Source of the DNA: Candidatus Poribacteria bacterium
Lineage (GTDB): Bacteria; Poribacteria; WGA-4E; WGA-3G
Length of the DNA: 64,000 nt
NCBI GenBank assembly: GCA_965205025.1
Contig: CBDBFU010000009.1
Coordinates: 170,218 to 234,217, forward strand
Reading direction: 5' to 3'
Under the pieces are notes generated by a model. The model was given only the letters and a program-made list of their open reading frames with translations. It was not told where the DNA came from and searched no databases. This document shows positions 39,740 to 50,229 of this stretch, one piece after another. Positions within the stretch are counted from its first letter, which is position 1. Every line of letters begins with the position of its first letter. Position numbers and translations under genes: made by a program.

Positions 39740-41002
39740 CTATGTACCCATCTCCCATGAGTTAAGGTATTTTTCTTGCTCAGCAGTAAGTGTGTCAATT
39801 TGAATACCGAATGAATCCAATTTTAATTTTGCGACTTCTTCATCAATGGATTCAGGAACATCATAAACTTGATTTTCAAGTTTATTCTTGTTCTGAGTAA
39901 TATATTCAAGTGATAAGGCTTGATTTGCAAAGCTCATGTCCATCACACTGGCTGGATGTCCTTCAGCCGATGCCAAGTTTACCAAACGACCTTCACCGAT
40001 AAGATATACTGTCCGTCCATTTGTAAGCGTATAGGATTCAACATATTCCCGAGCAGTTGCCTGTTCAACTGCAAGTTCCTCAAGTGCAGGAATGTCTATC
40101 TCCACATTAAAGTGGCCAGAATTGGCGATAATTGCACCATTCTTCATGACTTCAAAGTGTTCTTTACGTAATACATGAATATCACCAGTCAATGTGATGA
40201 TAAGGTCTGCTTCTTCAACAGCTTTCTGCATCTGCATAACTCTAAATCCATCCATCACAGCTTCCAATGCTTTTAGTGCAGTCACCTCAGTTACAATGAC
40301 ATTCGCTCCTAACCCTCTTGCCCGATTGGCAACGCCTCTACCACACCATCCATAGCCTGCGACAACAACAGTGCTTCCAGCAATTAACAGATTCGTAGCC
40401 CGTATGATTCCATCTAAAGTACTTTGACCAGTTCCATATCTATTATCAAAGAAGTGTTTTGTGTTTGCATCATTTACAGCTATGATAGGATATTTCAGAA
40501 CACCTTCAGCAGCCATGCTCTTGAGTCTAATTACACCTGTGGTTGTTTCTTCTGTACCGGCGACGATATTCTCAACCAGTGCTGGATTTGTTTCTTCTGA
40601 ATGTAAAAGCGAAACTAAATCAGCACCATCATCCATTGTAATATTGGATTCTGTAGCCAGTGCTGCGTGAATATGTTTGTAATATGTTTCAGTATCCTCT
40701 CCATTAATGGCAAAAACAGCTATGTCGTCATTCACAACCAGAGATGCAGCAACATCATCTTGAGTACTAAGTGGGTTGGATGCACAAAGTGCTAATTCAG
40801 CTCCACCAGCTTTGAGTGTTTGCATGAGGTTTGCAGTTTCTGTTGTAACGTGTAAACATGCGGATACTTTCATTCCTTGCAATGGTTGTTCATCTATAAA
40901 CCGGTCTCGAATTGAGGTTAAAACAGGCATAAACCGTTTTGCCCATTCAATTCTTTGGTGTCCAGTATCTGCAAGGTCGGTAGTCCTGATATCGTAATCC
41001 AT
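39740..41002 (-). CDS. ahcY: Adenosylhomocysteinase
   Basis: [63 protein letters not shown]. Confidence 0.97.
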   Translation of the reverse strand: MDYDIRTTDLADTGHQRIEWAKRFMPVLTSIRDRFIDEQPLQGMKVSACLHVTTETANLMQTLKAGGAELALCASNPLSTQDDVAASLVVNDDIAVFAINGEDTETYYKHIHAALATESNITMDDGADLVSLLHSEETNPALVENIVAGTEETTTGVIRLKSMAAEGVLKYPIIAVNDANTKHFFDNRYGTGQSTLDGIIRATNLLIAGSTVVVAGYGWCGRGVANRARGLGANVIVTEVTALKALEAVMDGFRVMQMQKAVEEADLIITLTGDIHVLRKEHFEVMKNGAIIANSGHFNVEIDIPALEELAVEQATAREYVESYTLTNGRTVYLIGEGRLVNLASAEGHPASVMDMSFANQALSLEYITQNKNKLENQVYDVPESIDEEVAKLKLDSFGIQIDTLTAEQEKYLNSWEMGT

Positions 41003-41010
41003 TGTCCTAA

Positions 41011-42138
41011 TTATCCTTTTATTCTTTCCAAATAGTCTGTATTTTCCCATGTGAATCCTGGTTCTGTCCTGCCAAAATGTCCATAGGCTGCGGTATTTCT
41101 ATATATAGGTTTCCGTAAGTCCAATCTATCAATAATCCCGGAAGGAGATAAATCAAAATGTTGGTTAACTAATTTTGATGCTTTTTCATCATCCCCAGTT
41201 CCAAATGTATCCACCATGACAGAGACAGGAGATTTTCTACCGATAGCATAAGCAATTTGTATTTCACACCTATCTGCTAATCCCGCGGCAACTATATTCT
41301 TTGCTGCATGTCGAGCTGCGTATGCAGCACTTCTATCAACTTTTGTTGGATCTTTTCCTGAGAATGCCCCACCCCCATGGCGTCCCATCCCTCCGTATGT
41401 GTCAACAATGATCTTCCTACCTGTCAATCCTGCATCTCCTTGGGGACCGCCAGTAACAAAACGTCCTGTAGGGTTAATGTGGAAGGCAACATCTTTGCTC
41501 AAAAGTTCATCTGGAATTACAGGTTTAATTACTTCTTCAATTATACCATCTTTTAGATCTGTATCTGCTACATCAGGGTCATGTTGGGATGAAACTACTA
41601 TAGAAGTTACACCGATTGGTTCATTATCAATATATTCAACGGTTACCTGAGATTTACCATCAGGGCGTATGTATTTAAGGATATTCTCTTTACGGACTTG
41701 TGCTAAACGGTGTGTTAATTGGTGGGCTAAAGTAATTGGGAGAGGCATTAATTCAGGAGTTTCGGTACAAGCGTAACCGAACATCATACCTTGGTCGCCT
41801 GCCCCTCCAGGATTTACTCCCATTGCTATATCAGGAGATTGTTTATCAACTGTAACCAATACGGCACTATTATCAGCATCAAAACCGTAATTAGGATTAT
41901 TGTATCCTATATCTGAAATAACATTTCGAGCGATTTCCTGGAGGTTTGGACTTGCGGTTGTTGTAATTTCCCCTGCAATAATTGCTAATCCAGTTGTTAC
42001 AAGAGTTTCACAAGCCACCCTCCCATTTGGATCTTCAGTAATTATAGCATCAAGAATAGCATCTGAAATTTGATCTGCGATTTTGTCTGGATGGCCTTCA
42101 GTAACAGACTCAGACGAAAATAAAAAATGACGACTCAA
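41011..42138 (-). CDS. metK: S-adenosylmethionine synthetase
   Basis: [33 protein letters not shown]; TTG start with AGGAG SD. Confidence 0.98.
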   Translation of the reverse strand: MSRHFLFSSESVTEGHPDKIADQISDAILDAIITEDPNGRVACETLVTTGLAIIAGEITTTASPNLQEIARNVISDIGYNNPNYGFDADNSAVLVTVDKQSPDIAMGVNPGGAGDQGMMFGYACTETPELMPLPITLAHQLTHRLAQVRKENILKYIRPDGKSQVTVEYIDNEPIGVTSIVVSSQHDPDVADTDLKDGIIEEVIKPVIPDELLSKDVAFHINPTGRFVTGGPQGDAGLTGRKIIVDTYGGMGRHGGGAFSGKDPTKVDRSAAYAARHAAKNIVAAGLADRCEIQIAYAIGRKSPVSVMVDTFGTGDDEKASKLVNQHFDLSPSGIIDRLDLRKPIYRNTAAYGHFGRTEPGFTWENTDYLERIKG

Positions 42139-42377
42139 TTCGGTTCTCCTGTATTCATTGATTCCTCCTTATTCTACATTTGTAACACAATAGATTCCAT
42201 GTATCCGTGATAGAAGAGCACTCCTGTGCATAACGAATTATACTGCTCAGAAGTGCTCTATTGACTTAATATGAACCTATATAGTTATATCTCTGGTGGA
42301 ATTACAGGTATTGTATTTTAAGTGAGACAAAAGTGCTTAATTCTCAGAATCCTCAGATTACTGTGTACTAAGGTTTA

Positions 42378-44846
42378 CTAAGAGGGATTAGAATCCTCTG
42401 AATTCTCGCTGTCATCAGGAGTTTCAGATTCTTCTGATCCTTGGCTCTCCTCTGTATCTTCAGTTTCAACAGAATCTTCAGAACTTTGGACTTCTTCAAC
42501 CGGTTCATCTGTTTCTGCTTCATGTGAGTCCTCTGTATCATCAGAAGTTTGGGTTTCCTGATGTGTTTCTGTCTCCTCAGAAGTGGTAAGATTATCGACG
42601 TTATTTTTACCCATTTCCTGTTTCAATAATGCTCCCATAATGGTTTCTTCTTCTTCAACAGGTTCAGGTTGTCTTTGTTGGCGTTGTGGAGCATGTCGTT
42701 GACGTCGAGGTCGTTCTTGTTGTTCTTGTTGATTTTGTGGATTCGCTGCGCGTTCTTGATCAGCAATAGCTGCTTTTAAACTTAATCCAATTCGTCTTCC
42801 TTTTGGATCAAGGTTAATAACTTTCACATCAATTTCATCTCCAACAGATACTACCTCTTCAGGTCTTTCAATTCTACGATCAGCGATCTCAGATATATGA
42901 ATCAACCCATCAATACCCTCTTCAAGTTTTGTAAAAGCACCAAAACTGGTAAGGTTAACAATTTGTCCACGAACAACTGAACCAACTTTATACTTTTCTG
43001 GTACTTCGTCCCATGGATCAGGTTGAGTCTGCTTAAGTCCTAATGAGACCCGGCGTTCAGAAGCATCAATTTGTAGGACAACAACTTCTACTTCATCACC
43101 TTCCTTCAAGAATTCCTGAGGATTAGTTGCTCGATCCGTCCAAGACAAGTCAGAAGTATGTATTAATCCATCAATTCCTTCTTCAATTTCGACAAATGCC
43201 CCAAAATTCGTAAGATTTCGTATCCGTCCATTGATTTTTGTTCCAACAGGATATCTTTGTTCAAGCAGTTCCCAAGGATTTTCTTGTAACTGTTTTATAC
43301 CTAAAGAAATCCTCTTATCTTCTCTTGAGATTTCAAGGACGATTGCCTCAATTTCATCACCTTTTGTGACGATCCGTGATGGAGCAACATTGCGTCGTGT
43401 CCATGACATTTCGGATACATGAATCAAACCTTCAACAGCTTCTTCCAGTTGTACAAAAACTCCATAATTGACTATATTTACGACAGCCCCTTTAACTCTT
43501 GACCCAACGGCATATTTTTCTTCGACGTTTTCCCATGGATCATTAGTTTTCTGTTTTAGACCTAAAGAAATCTTCTCATTATCTTCACCAATTGCAATTA
43601 CTTGGACTTCAATTTCATCTCCAATAGCAACGATTTCTGATGGATGGTTTATCCGTTTCCAAGCCATGTCAGTTTTATGGAGTAATCCATCGACACCACC
43701 GAGGTCAACAAACGCTCCAAATGCTGTAATATTCTTGACAACACCATTAATGAGTTGTCCTACCTCAAGATTTTTCAGAACTTCTTCTTTCTTTTCTGCC
43801 ATCTCAGCTTCGAGAAATGCGCGACGGGACAGAACAATATTGTGCCGCCGTTTACTCATACTGATGACTTTCATTTGGAAAACTTCACCAATGTATTGGT
43901 CAAGATTTGAAATTGGTCTTAATTCAACTTGTGATGCTGGCAAGAAACCTCGTAAAGAACCGACATATACTTGTAGTCCCCCTTTAATCCGCTCGGTAAT
44001 CCGTCCTTCAACAGGTGAACCACTTTCAAATGCTTCGGTAATTTCGTCCCATACGAGTGTTTGATCAGCAATCTTCTTAGAGAGTACTATTTGTCCGTCC
44101 ATATCTTCGCGTCGGACGATATAAACATCAATTTGATCCCCAACCTGAACGGTAGGTAGATCATTTTCCTGTTTATCAAACTCGGCTGCAGGTATATATC
44201 CTTCAGATTTGAAACCGATGTCAATCATGACTTCGTCGCGGCTGACATCAACTACAGTTCCTTTTACGATCTCACCATCAGTAAAGGCTTTTAATGAATT
44301 GTCATAGGCTTCTTCAAGAGATTCTTGGCTCATTGCAGCCTGTTCTTCGTTTGAATCTGTTTCTACTTGAGAAGGGGCATCTTCGGATGTACCAGATTCA
44401 ACAACATCTGTTTCTGTAGAATCTTCTGATGTATCGGAATCGGTCTCAACTATGGTAGGGGAATCGTCAGATTGATCATCGGATGCATCACTCGCAGCTT
44501 CAACAGTTTCTGGTGTCTGTTGATTCTCATCTGATGTTTCGGTTTCGGGGTCTTCTGTAGGAGGGTTTTCTTCAAACTGGATATTGCCTTCAGCGTTGTC
44601 TGTTAAATCCCCTTTATCAGTTTCATCAGCAGTTAACTCCACCTGCTCATTTTCATCTTCCGGAGAAGTATCATCTGTTGCTTCGTCTTTAACTTCTGTA
44701 TCACTATCGGAAGTTTGGTTCATATGTGCTGGTGTTTCCGTCTTACTTACTTCATCTTGCTCTGTTTCAGTTGTACCGTCAACTGTTTCTTCTTCTGTAT
44801 CCACATCAACAGTGGAATCATCTGTATGGGTCTGTTCGTTATTCAT
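42378..44846 (-). CDS. rpsA: 30S ribosomal protein S1 with long acidic terminal extensions
   Basis: Six S1 repeats (DIGFKSEG, FLPASQV, FGAFVDLGGVDGLLH, EGLIHVSE, DGLIHTSD, DGLIHISE). Confidence 0.96.
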   Translation of the reverse strand: MNNEQTHTDDSTVDVDTEEETVDGTTETEQDEVSKTETPAHMNQTSDSDTEVKDEATDDTSPEDENEQVELTADETDKGDLTDNAEGNIQFEENPPTEDPETETSDENQQTPETVEAASDASDDQSDDSPTIVETDSDTSEDSTETDVVESGTSEDAPSQVETDSNEEQAAMSQESLEEAYDNSLKAFTDGEIVKGTVVDVSRDEVMIDIGFKSEGYIPAAEFDKQENDLPTVQVGDQIDVYIVRREDMDGQIVLSKKIADQTLVWDEITEAFESGSPVEGRITERIKGGLQVYVGSLRGFLPASQVELRPISNLDQYIGEVFQMKVISMSKRRHNIVLSRRAFLEAEMAEKKEEVLKNLEVGQLINGVVKNITAFGAFVDLGGVDGLLHKTDMAWKRINHPSEIVAIGDEIEVQVIAIGEDNEKISLGLKQKTNDPWENVEEKYAVGSRVKGAVVNIVNYGVFVQLEEAVEGLIHVSEMSWTRRNVAPSRIVTKGDEIEAIVLEISREDKRISLGIKQLQENPWELLEQRYPVGTKINGRIRNLTNFGAFVEIEEGIDGLIHTSDLSWTDRATNPQEFLKEGDEVEVVVLQIDASERRVSLGLKQTQPDPWDEVPEKYKVGSVVRGQIVNLTSFGAFTKLEEGIDGLIHISEIADRRIERPEEVVSVGDEIDVKVINLDPKGRRIGLSLKAAIADQERAANPQNQQEQQERPRRQRHAPQRQQRQPEPVEEEETIMGALLKQEMGKNNVDNLTTSEETETHQETQTSDDTEDSHEAETDEPVEEVQSSEDSVETEDTEESQGSEESETPDDSENSEDSNPS

Positions 44847-44945
44847 TAAGATGTCTGGGTATGTTGTTAACGCAAAGTCGCGTTAAGTCCGCCAGTTCCT
44901 CCTTGTTTCGAAGTGCTGCTGGCACTTTCAGTCGCTTAATTATAT

Positions 44946-44974
44946 AGTATATCACAATGTGCATTGAATTGCAA
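44946..44974 (-). promoter_or_regulatory. Sigma70-type promoter of rpsA
   Basis: Minus strand TTGCAA-17 bp-TATACT with extended -10 TG. Confidence 0.6.
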
Positions 44975-45011
44975 CATTTAAATCTATACTGGGTGTGTAA
45001 ATAAATTGTCA

Positions 45012-45367
45012 CCTTAGGTGTTAATTTAGTGAGATTAGTTTATTTTTATCTATGTTTGAGTTGTCTGAATCACAGATTACACAGATTACGCGGATAAGAG
45101 TGTTTGGAGAGGGGAAGGAGTAAGATTAGAAACTAAAAGTTTGTGTTACAAAGAGGTGTTTTTTCTGAATCACGGATTACGCAGAGGTGAAAGGTTTATG
45201 TCTGCATGAATTTCTTTCAATGCTGGAGTTACAAATCAAAAAATCAAGGAATCAACGGTATGAATGCTATTTAGTATTCCCCGTGGTTAGGAAACCGTAC
45301 CAACTGGGTCTATAGGTGTACAATTTTGTAAAAATGTAGTTCATATAGCTATTATCAAACTCACGTT
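45012..45367. repeat. Composite intergenic patch of element ends, REPs and CACAGATTA-type 9-bp repeats
   Basis: IS4-like end near 45012; CACAGATTACACAGATTACGCGGAT; REP half near 45132; micro-element 45249-45282; REP near 45283; TTATCAAACTCACGTT at 45352-45367. Confidence 0.6.
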
Positions 45368-45383
45368 CCATAACAAAATATTC

Positions 45384-45412
45384 TTGCCAATTATATGATA
45401 ATAAACTATAAT
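45384..45412 (+). promoter_or_regulatory. Sigma70-type promoter of the STAS/RsbW pair
   Basis: TTGCCA-17 bp-TATAAT. Confidence 0.6.
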
Positions 45413-45448
45413 GATAATATGGATTTTTATAACGGTAGGTGATTATAT

Positions 45449-45793
45449 ATGGCAGGAACCGAATTAATGACCGTTCGTGAAAACGCAGATATTAAAATTA
45501 TTGATGTAATGACAGATTTAAGCAGCTATGCTGCTTTGGATTTGCGTAAGATTCTTGAGGACCTCCTTTTAGATAAAGTAGATAAGGTGGTTGTAAATTT
45601 CAGTGAAGTAAACCATATCAATAGTACTGCCGTAGGAACCTTAGTAGGAATTGCTAAACGGCTTCGTCAAAACGGTGGTGATCTGAAACTTTGTCAACTT
45701 GGTCCTCCACTCACCCGCACATTCAATCTCATTGGTGCATCCAGTGTAGTTGAGATATATGAATCAGAAAAAAGCGCGCTGGCTGCATTTTAG
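45449..45793 (+). CDS. STAS anti-sigma-factor antagonist (RsbV/SpoIIAA-like)
   Basis: VVVNFSEVNHINSTAVGTLV...GGDLKL...ESEKSALAAF. Confidence 0.9.
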   Translation: MAGTELMTVRENADIKIIDVMTDLSSYAALDLRKILEDLLLDKVDKVVVNFSEVNHINSTAVGTLVGIAKRLRQNGGDLKLCQLGPPLTRTFNLIGASSVVEIYESEKSALAAF

Positions 45794-45821
45794 TCGTATT
45801 CCAACTTACAGGCAATAATTT

Positions 45822-46274
45822 ATGGATAAAGACTATATTGAGTTTAAACTGCCCAGTAATGTGTGTTATATTGAATCAGTGAGAGTGTTTATAGGGAAGT
45901 TATCGGAAACACTTGGCTTTCCTAAGAAGCGAACTGCCGACATCCAACTGGCACTTGATGAAATATGTAGCAATGCTGTTAACCATGGTTCTAAGTCAGC
46001 AGAATCTGGAATTAAAATACATATTACTGTTGATAAACGATTCTTAGAGTTGATGGTAAGAGATACAGGGGGGCAAAATTCAAAAGACTGGTTCACCCCA
46101 GAAAAACTTGCCAAAATACAGGAACGTCGTACTCCTGAAGGTGAAAGTGGACATGGACTATATCTAATTGAATGTCTTACAGATGGACACAAACTCCAAG
46201 CGAATAAATATGGTGGCACTGACGTGACAGTTCTCTTCAATAGAACGAGTGATGCTGGTCAAGACGGTCCTTGA
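45822..46274 (+). CDS. Anti-sigma factor Ser kinase (RsbW-like, HATPase_c_2)
   Basis: LALDEICSNAVNHG, VRDTG, SGHGLYLIECLTD. Confidence 0.9.
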   Translation: MDKDYIEFKLPSNVCYIESVRVFIGKLSETLGFPKKRTADIQLALDEICSNAVNHGSKSAESGIKIHITVDKRFLELMVRDTGGQNSKDWFTPEKLAKIQERRTPEGESGHGLYLIECLTDGHKLQANKYGGTDVTVLFNRTSDAGQDGP

Positions 46275-47425
46275 ACTACAATGAGTGTTAGATCGTCGGG
46301 ATTTGGAGTAGTATCCGAAAATACACTAATGGTTTGCGATACATACTCAATCAATTCCATCGGTTTTTCTATTTCACTCTTGGTAACTACTTCTTTCAAC
46401 TTTTCAACAGTAAATTCCTCACCCTTTGAATTCTTAACTTCATAAGCACCATCAGTATATAAGAACATTCGACTTGATGTTTCAAATGTATAGTGGCAAT
46501 TTTCATATTGTGATTCTCGGCTGATTCCTAAACCATTACCTGAATGACCATTCGTGATAAGTGTACAACTTGAATGAGAATTAATTTGTAAGAAAGGAAA
46601 TGGATGACCAGCATTTGCACAAACGATTTCTTTTTTCTTAAGATCAATTATCCCGCAGAAAGCGGTTGCGAACATAAATAGATGCGAACTAATCATATCG
46701 CTGAATCGAGTATTTAGTAACTTTATAATCTCGGCAGGATTATCATCAACTTCATCTCTATGTTCCGATAGTATTGTCTTTATAAAGACTGTGATGAGTG
46801 CTGCCGAAGCTCCATGTCCCATGACATCTGAAATTAATAATCCCATCCTATTTTCATCTATTTTCCATAAATCATAAAAATCTCCACCAACTGCCAGTGC
46901 AGGAGAACAGTGTGAAGCAATTTCAAAGACACCAATTTTCTGTAGACCGTTTTTTGGAATTAGGATTTCTTGTACATTCCGTGCCATTTGAAGTTCTGAC
47001 TCCAAACGGGCATTATATTCTTCCAAAGTATCATGATATTGTTTTATTCGTAGAAGTGACTTTATTCTTGCTAATACCTCGAAACTATTGAAAGGTTTTT
47101 CGATGAAATCATCTGCTCCTGCCTCTACAGCCTTTATCCTATTCTCTTGAGTATCACGTAGAGCTGTGATCATAATGATAGGTATGAATTCCGTATGCTT
47201 ATGAGCTCGCACCCTTTTAACGACTTCATATCCATCTATTTTTGGCATATTTATGTCTAATAAGATCAGATCTGGAGCATTTTCTTTAATTGACTCTAAT
47301 GCTTCCTGTCCATCACAAGCAGTTCTAACAGAATATCCTCGAGTTTGGAGTTGAATTTGAAGGATCTTGATGTTTCGAGGTTCATCGTCAACAACAAGAA
47401 TATCAGCGGATTCTTCAGCGATCAT
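46259..47425 (-). CDS. Receiver-PP2C (SpoIIE/RsbU-like) phosphatase
   Basis: REC (VVDDE, LLDINMP, KPF) plus VGGDFYD, DVMGHG, NAGHP, YTDG, DDLT. Confidence 0.93.
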   Translation of the reverse strand: MIAEESADILVVDDEPRNIKILQIQLQTRGYSVRTACDGQEALESIKENAPDLILLDINMPKIDGYEVVKRVRAHKHTEFIPIIMITALRDTQENRIKAVEAGADDFIEKPFNSFEVLARIKSLLRIKQYHDTLEEYNARLESELQMARNVQEILIPKNGLQKIGVFEIASHCSPALAVGGDFYDLWKIDENRMGLLISDVMGHGASAALITVFIKTILSEHRDEVDDNPAEIIKLLNTRFSDMISSHLFMFATAFCGIIDLKKKEIVCANAGHPFPFLQINSHSSCTLITNGHSGNGLGISRESQYENCHYTFETSSRMFLYTDGAYEVKNSKGEEFTVEKLKEVVTKSEIEKPMELIEYVSQTISVFSDTTPNPDDLTLIVVQGPS

Positions 47426-47808
47426 GTTGTGTTCTTTTCGAGATGATGTCTTACACGCTCTAGCAGAACATGTGTATCAATAGGTTTACTTAGATAATCA
47501 TCACATCCTGCCTTAAGTAGGCGTTCTTTATCCCCAGACATTGCTGCAGCTGTTAGGGCAATAATCGGGATACTACACAATTTTGGTTCAGACTTTATGA
47601 GGCGTGTCAAATCTTCACCACTCTTTCCTGGCAGCTCAATATCCATTAGGATGAGTGAGGGTATAGACATTTCTAAATAAGTTAATGCTTCAGTAGCATT
47701 AACAGATTCAACCACATTATATCCTTCTGATTCAAGGACAATCCGTACTACTTTTCTATTTAATGCTTGGTCTTCTATTACTAAGATTTGAGTCGAATCA
47801 TTATTCAA
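47422..47808 (-). CDS. Single-domain response regulator (DivK-like)
   Basis: VIEDQ, LMDIELP, ALTAAAM, GCDDYLSKP. Confidence 0.92.
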   Translation of the reverse strand: MNNDSTQILVIEDQALNRKVVRIVLESEGYNVVESVNATEALTYLEMSIPSLILMDIELPGKSGEDLTRLIKSEPKLCSIPIIALTAAAMSGDKERLLKAGCDDYLSKPIDTHVLLERVRHHLEKNTT

Positions 47809-47946
47809 GTAGTATTCCTTATTTAATTATAAAAAAGTATTCATAATAGTTCTACAATTCGAGTAATTAGAAAAAAGCAGGAATTCTGAATTTACTGAAT
47901 TGGTGTTTAATCTTTGAAGTCCGACAGTCTCATAATCGAATTTCTT

Positions 47947-50229
47947 TTATGTTTGTTTTATAGGGATACTAAATGTAAAAGAACTTCCTTGTCCCTCTTC
48001 ACTGGTCACACTTATTTCTCCTTGATGCAATTCAATTAACCTTTGTGTTAGTGCTAAACCGAGTCCTGTTCCTCCATACCGTCTGGACTTTGAAGTATCA
48101 ATCTGTGTGAATGGAGCAAATAGTTTCATTTGATCTTCTTCAGATATACCTATACCTGTGTCTGTAACCATAACGTGCAAATCAGAGGAGGTTACTTTTA
48201 AATGTGTAATTACTTTTCCATTATCTGGCGTAAACTTCACTGCGTTTGATAGCAAATTATAGAAGATTTGTTTTAGTTTGATTCGATCAGCTTCAATCGT
48301 TCCATTCTGAGAACAAGACAAAGTAAGTTGAATATTTTTTTTAATAGCTAAGGCATTAATAATTGCATTTACCTCTTCAACAGCGTCAAGAATAAAAAAT
48401 TCTTCAAGTTGTAGAGACATTTTTCCTGCTTCAATTTTGGACAAATCAAGAATATCATTAATCATCTCCAGTAAATGCTGCCCACTAACTCGAATGTCGT
48501 TAATACACTCTTTTTGCTCATCATTTATGGGACCGACCAGCTCATCTCTGAGTATCTCAGCGAATCCAATTATAGCATTTAGTGGTGTCCGTAATTCATG
48601 GCTCATATTAGCGAGAAAATCGCTTTTTGCTCTACTTGCATATTCTGCGGTTTCTTTGGCATTCTGCATGGCTTGTTGCGCTTTTATACGGTCTGTATTA
48701 TCAAGTGCCATACTAATGATAATTCGAGTTCCATCTGGTTGAATTCCAAGTAGGGATGAACTGAATTCCCATATTTGTTTTTTTCCAGCTTTCGTAGTAA
48801 TCTCATATTGTGTTGGACTGACACGTTCCTTGTTTAGATTGACCTGAATAAGATATTCATGTATGTCCTGACTTAATTCTTGATTTGCTTGTTCTAACCA
48901 GTTAGAAACTGTTGTCATTTCTTCAGGACTATAGCCTGTTAGATCTGTCCATGCTCGACTAATGAGGATAATTTCACCATTTTCATCGTGAATCATTATG
49001 GGAAGTGGGGCATTAAGTACGGCTCGACGAAATCGTTGTTCGCTCTCTTGTAATTCTGTTTCAGCTTGTTTTCGTGCGGAGATATCGGTAGATGTCATTA
49101 GAAAACCGACCATTTTACCATCCCTTATAATAGGACCTATACAGGATGCGTACCAATTTCCACTAAGCCTTCCCTGGATTTCATAACCTGCTACTTCACC
49201 TGTATCAATTACCTGACGGCATGCTTCACGAAAACCCTCATGATGTTCTTCTGTTAGGAAGTCGAAAATACTCTTTCCTACCACATCTTCAACTGTAACA
49301 TCAACAGCAGGAGGAATTTTATTAATAAATTGTAGTGTATAATTTAAGTCAAGTGTTGAAATTATATCTGGCGCACTCTCAACTAAAGAACGCCATTTAG
49401 CTTCAGAATCTCGGAGTGCTTGATCTGCACGATTGTATTCGGTTATATCTCTTGAGATACCACATGTACCCTTAATCCGTCCGCTTCTATCTCGAATTGG
49501 TACTTTAGTTGTTGAGACCCAAGTATCTTGTGCCCCTGGCCATGTTTCTTTTTCCTGTTTAGCCTCTATAGGTTTTCCTGTATCAATAACCGTTCTTTCA
49601 TCCTCATATGCTTGATGGGCATGTTCCCGTGTGAAGAAGTCAAAATCGGTTTTACCAATAGCATCGGATGGATCTTTCAGACCAAACCGATTTGCGAGTG
49701 ATCGACTAATACGAATGAATTTACTATCAATATCCTTAAAATATATGTGATCAGGATTATTATCCATCAATGTATGTAGGAATTCACTTTCCTGAGAATG
49801 CATTGATGCCAATTGTTGGAACCGTTGTTCATTCTCACGAAGTTTTCTTTCCATATCCTTTGCAGATGAAATATCACTTGCAACGACATAAAAAATATGC
49901 TGTTCTCTGTCAATTCTTAACGTCAAGCGAAGTCTTTTATATTCTTCATTAACACAGTGTAGACGTGCTTCAAATGAAGTAATTAATGAATCGCCATCTT
50001 TCAGTTTATTGATCTCAGCAAGGATGGAAGGATGGTCATCAGTATGAATTAAATCGATCCAATGCCGTGAATGAAGTTCTTGTAATGAATAACCGAGAGT
50101 GTATTCCCAGGAAGGATTAATAGGGATAAAAATGTCATCAAAAGTAATAACGGCGAACATTTCCGATGACATCTGAAGAAATGGATGTTTTTTTAATACT
50201 TCAATTTCAGGTGCCATGCGGTTCACCAT
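47947..50229 (-). CDS. Cytoplasmic multi-PAS histidine kinase
   Basis: About four PAS/PAC repeats; FLANMSHELRTPLN; NLLSNAVKF; DTGIGI; GGTGLGL; no TM segment. Confidence 0.95.
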   Translation of the reverse strand: MVNRMAPEIEVLKKHPFLQMSSEMFAVITFDDIFIPINPSWEYTLGYSLQELHSRHWIDLIHTDDHPSILAEINKLKDGDSLITSFEARLHCVNEEYKRLRLTLRIDREQHIFYVVASDISSAKDMERKLRENEQRFQQLASMHSQESEFLHTLMDNNPDHIYFKDIDSKFIRISRSLANRFGLKDPSDAIGKTDFDFFTREHAHQAYEDERTVIDTGKPIEAKQEKETWPGAQDTWVSTTKVPIRDRSGRIKGTCGISRDITEYNRADQALRDSEAKWRSLVESAPDIISTLDLNYTLQFINKIPPAVDVTVEDVVGKSIFDFLTEEHHEGFREACRQVIDTGEVAGYEIQGRLSGNWYASCIGPIIRDGKMVGFLMTSTDISARKQAETELQESEQRFRRAVLNAPLPIMIHDENGEIILISRAWTDLTGYSPEEMTTVSNWLEQANQELSQDIHEYLIQVNLNKERVSPTQYEITTKAGKKQIWEFSSSLLGIQPDGTRIIISMALDNTDRIKAQQAMQNAKETAEYASRAKSDFLANMSHELRTPLNAIIGFAEILRDELVGPINDEQKECINDIRVSGQHLLEMINDILDLSKIEAGKMSLQLEEFFILDAVEEVNAIINALAIKKNIQLTLSCSQNGTIEADRIKLKQIFYNLLSNAVKFTPDNGKVITHLKVTSSDLHVMVTDTGIGISEEDQMKLFAPFTQIDTSKSRRYGGTGLGLALTQRLIELHQGEISVTSEEGQGSSFTFSIPIKQT

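Noticed and set aside
42139-42377. SAM-I or SAH riboswitch upstream of metK-ahcY
   Set aside because: Hallmark AUC-AGAG...GAGGGA...GCAACC core not found by eye; a covariance search is still needed for other classes
43468-44064. 198-aa ORF antisense to rpsA, and similar antisense ORFs within purH, glnE, pfkB and the histidine kinase
   Set aside because: Antisense shadows of well-supported genes
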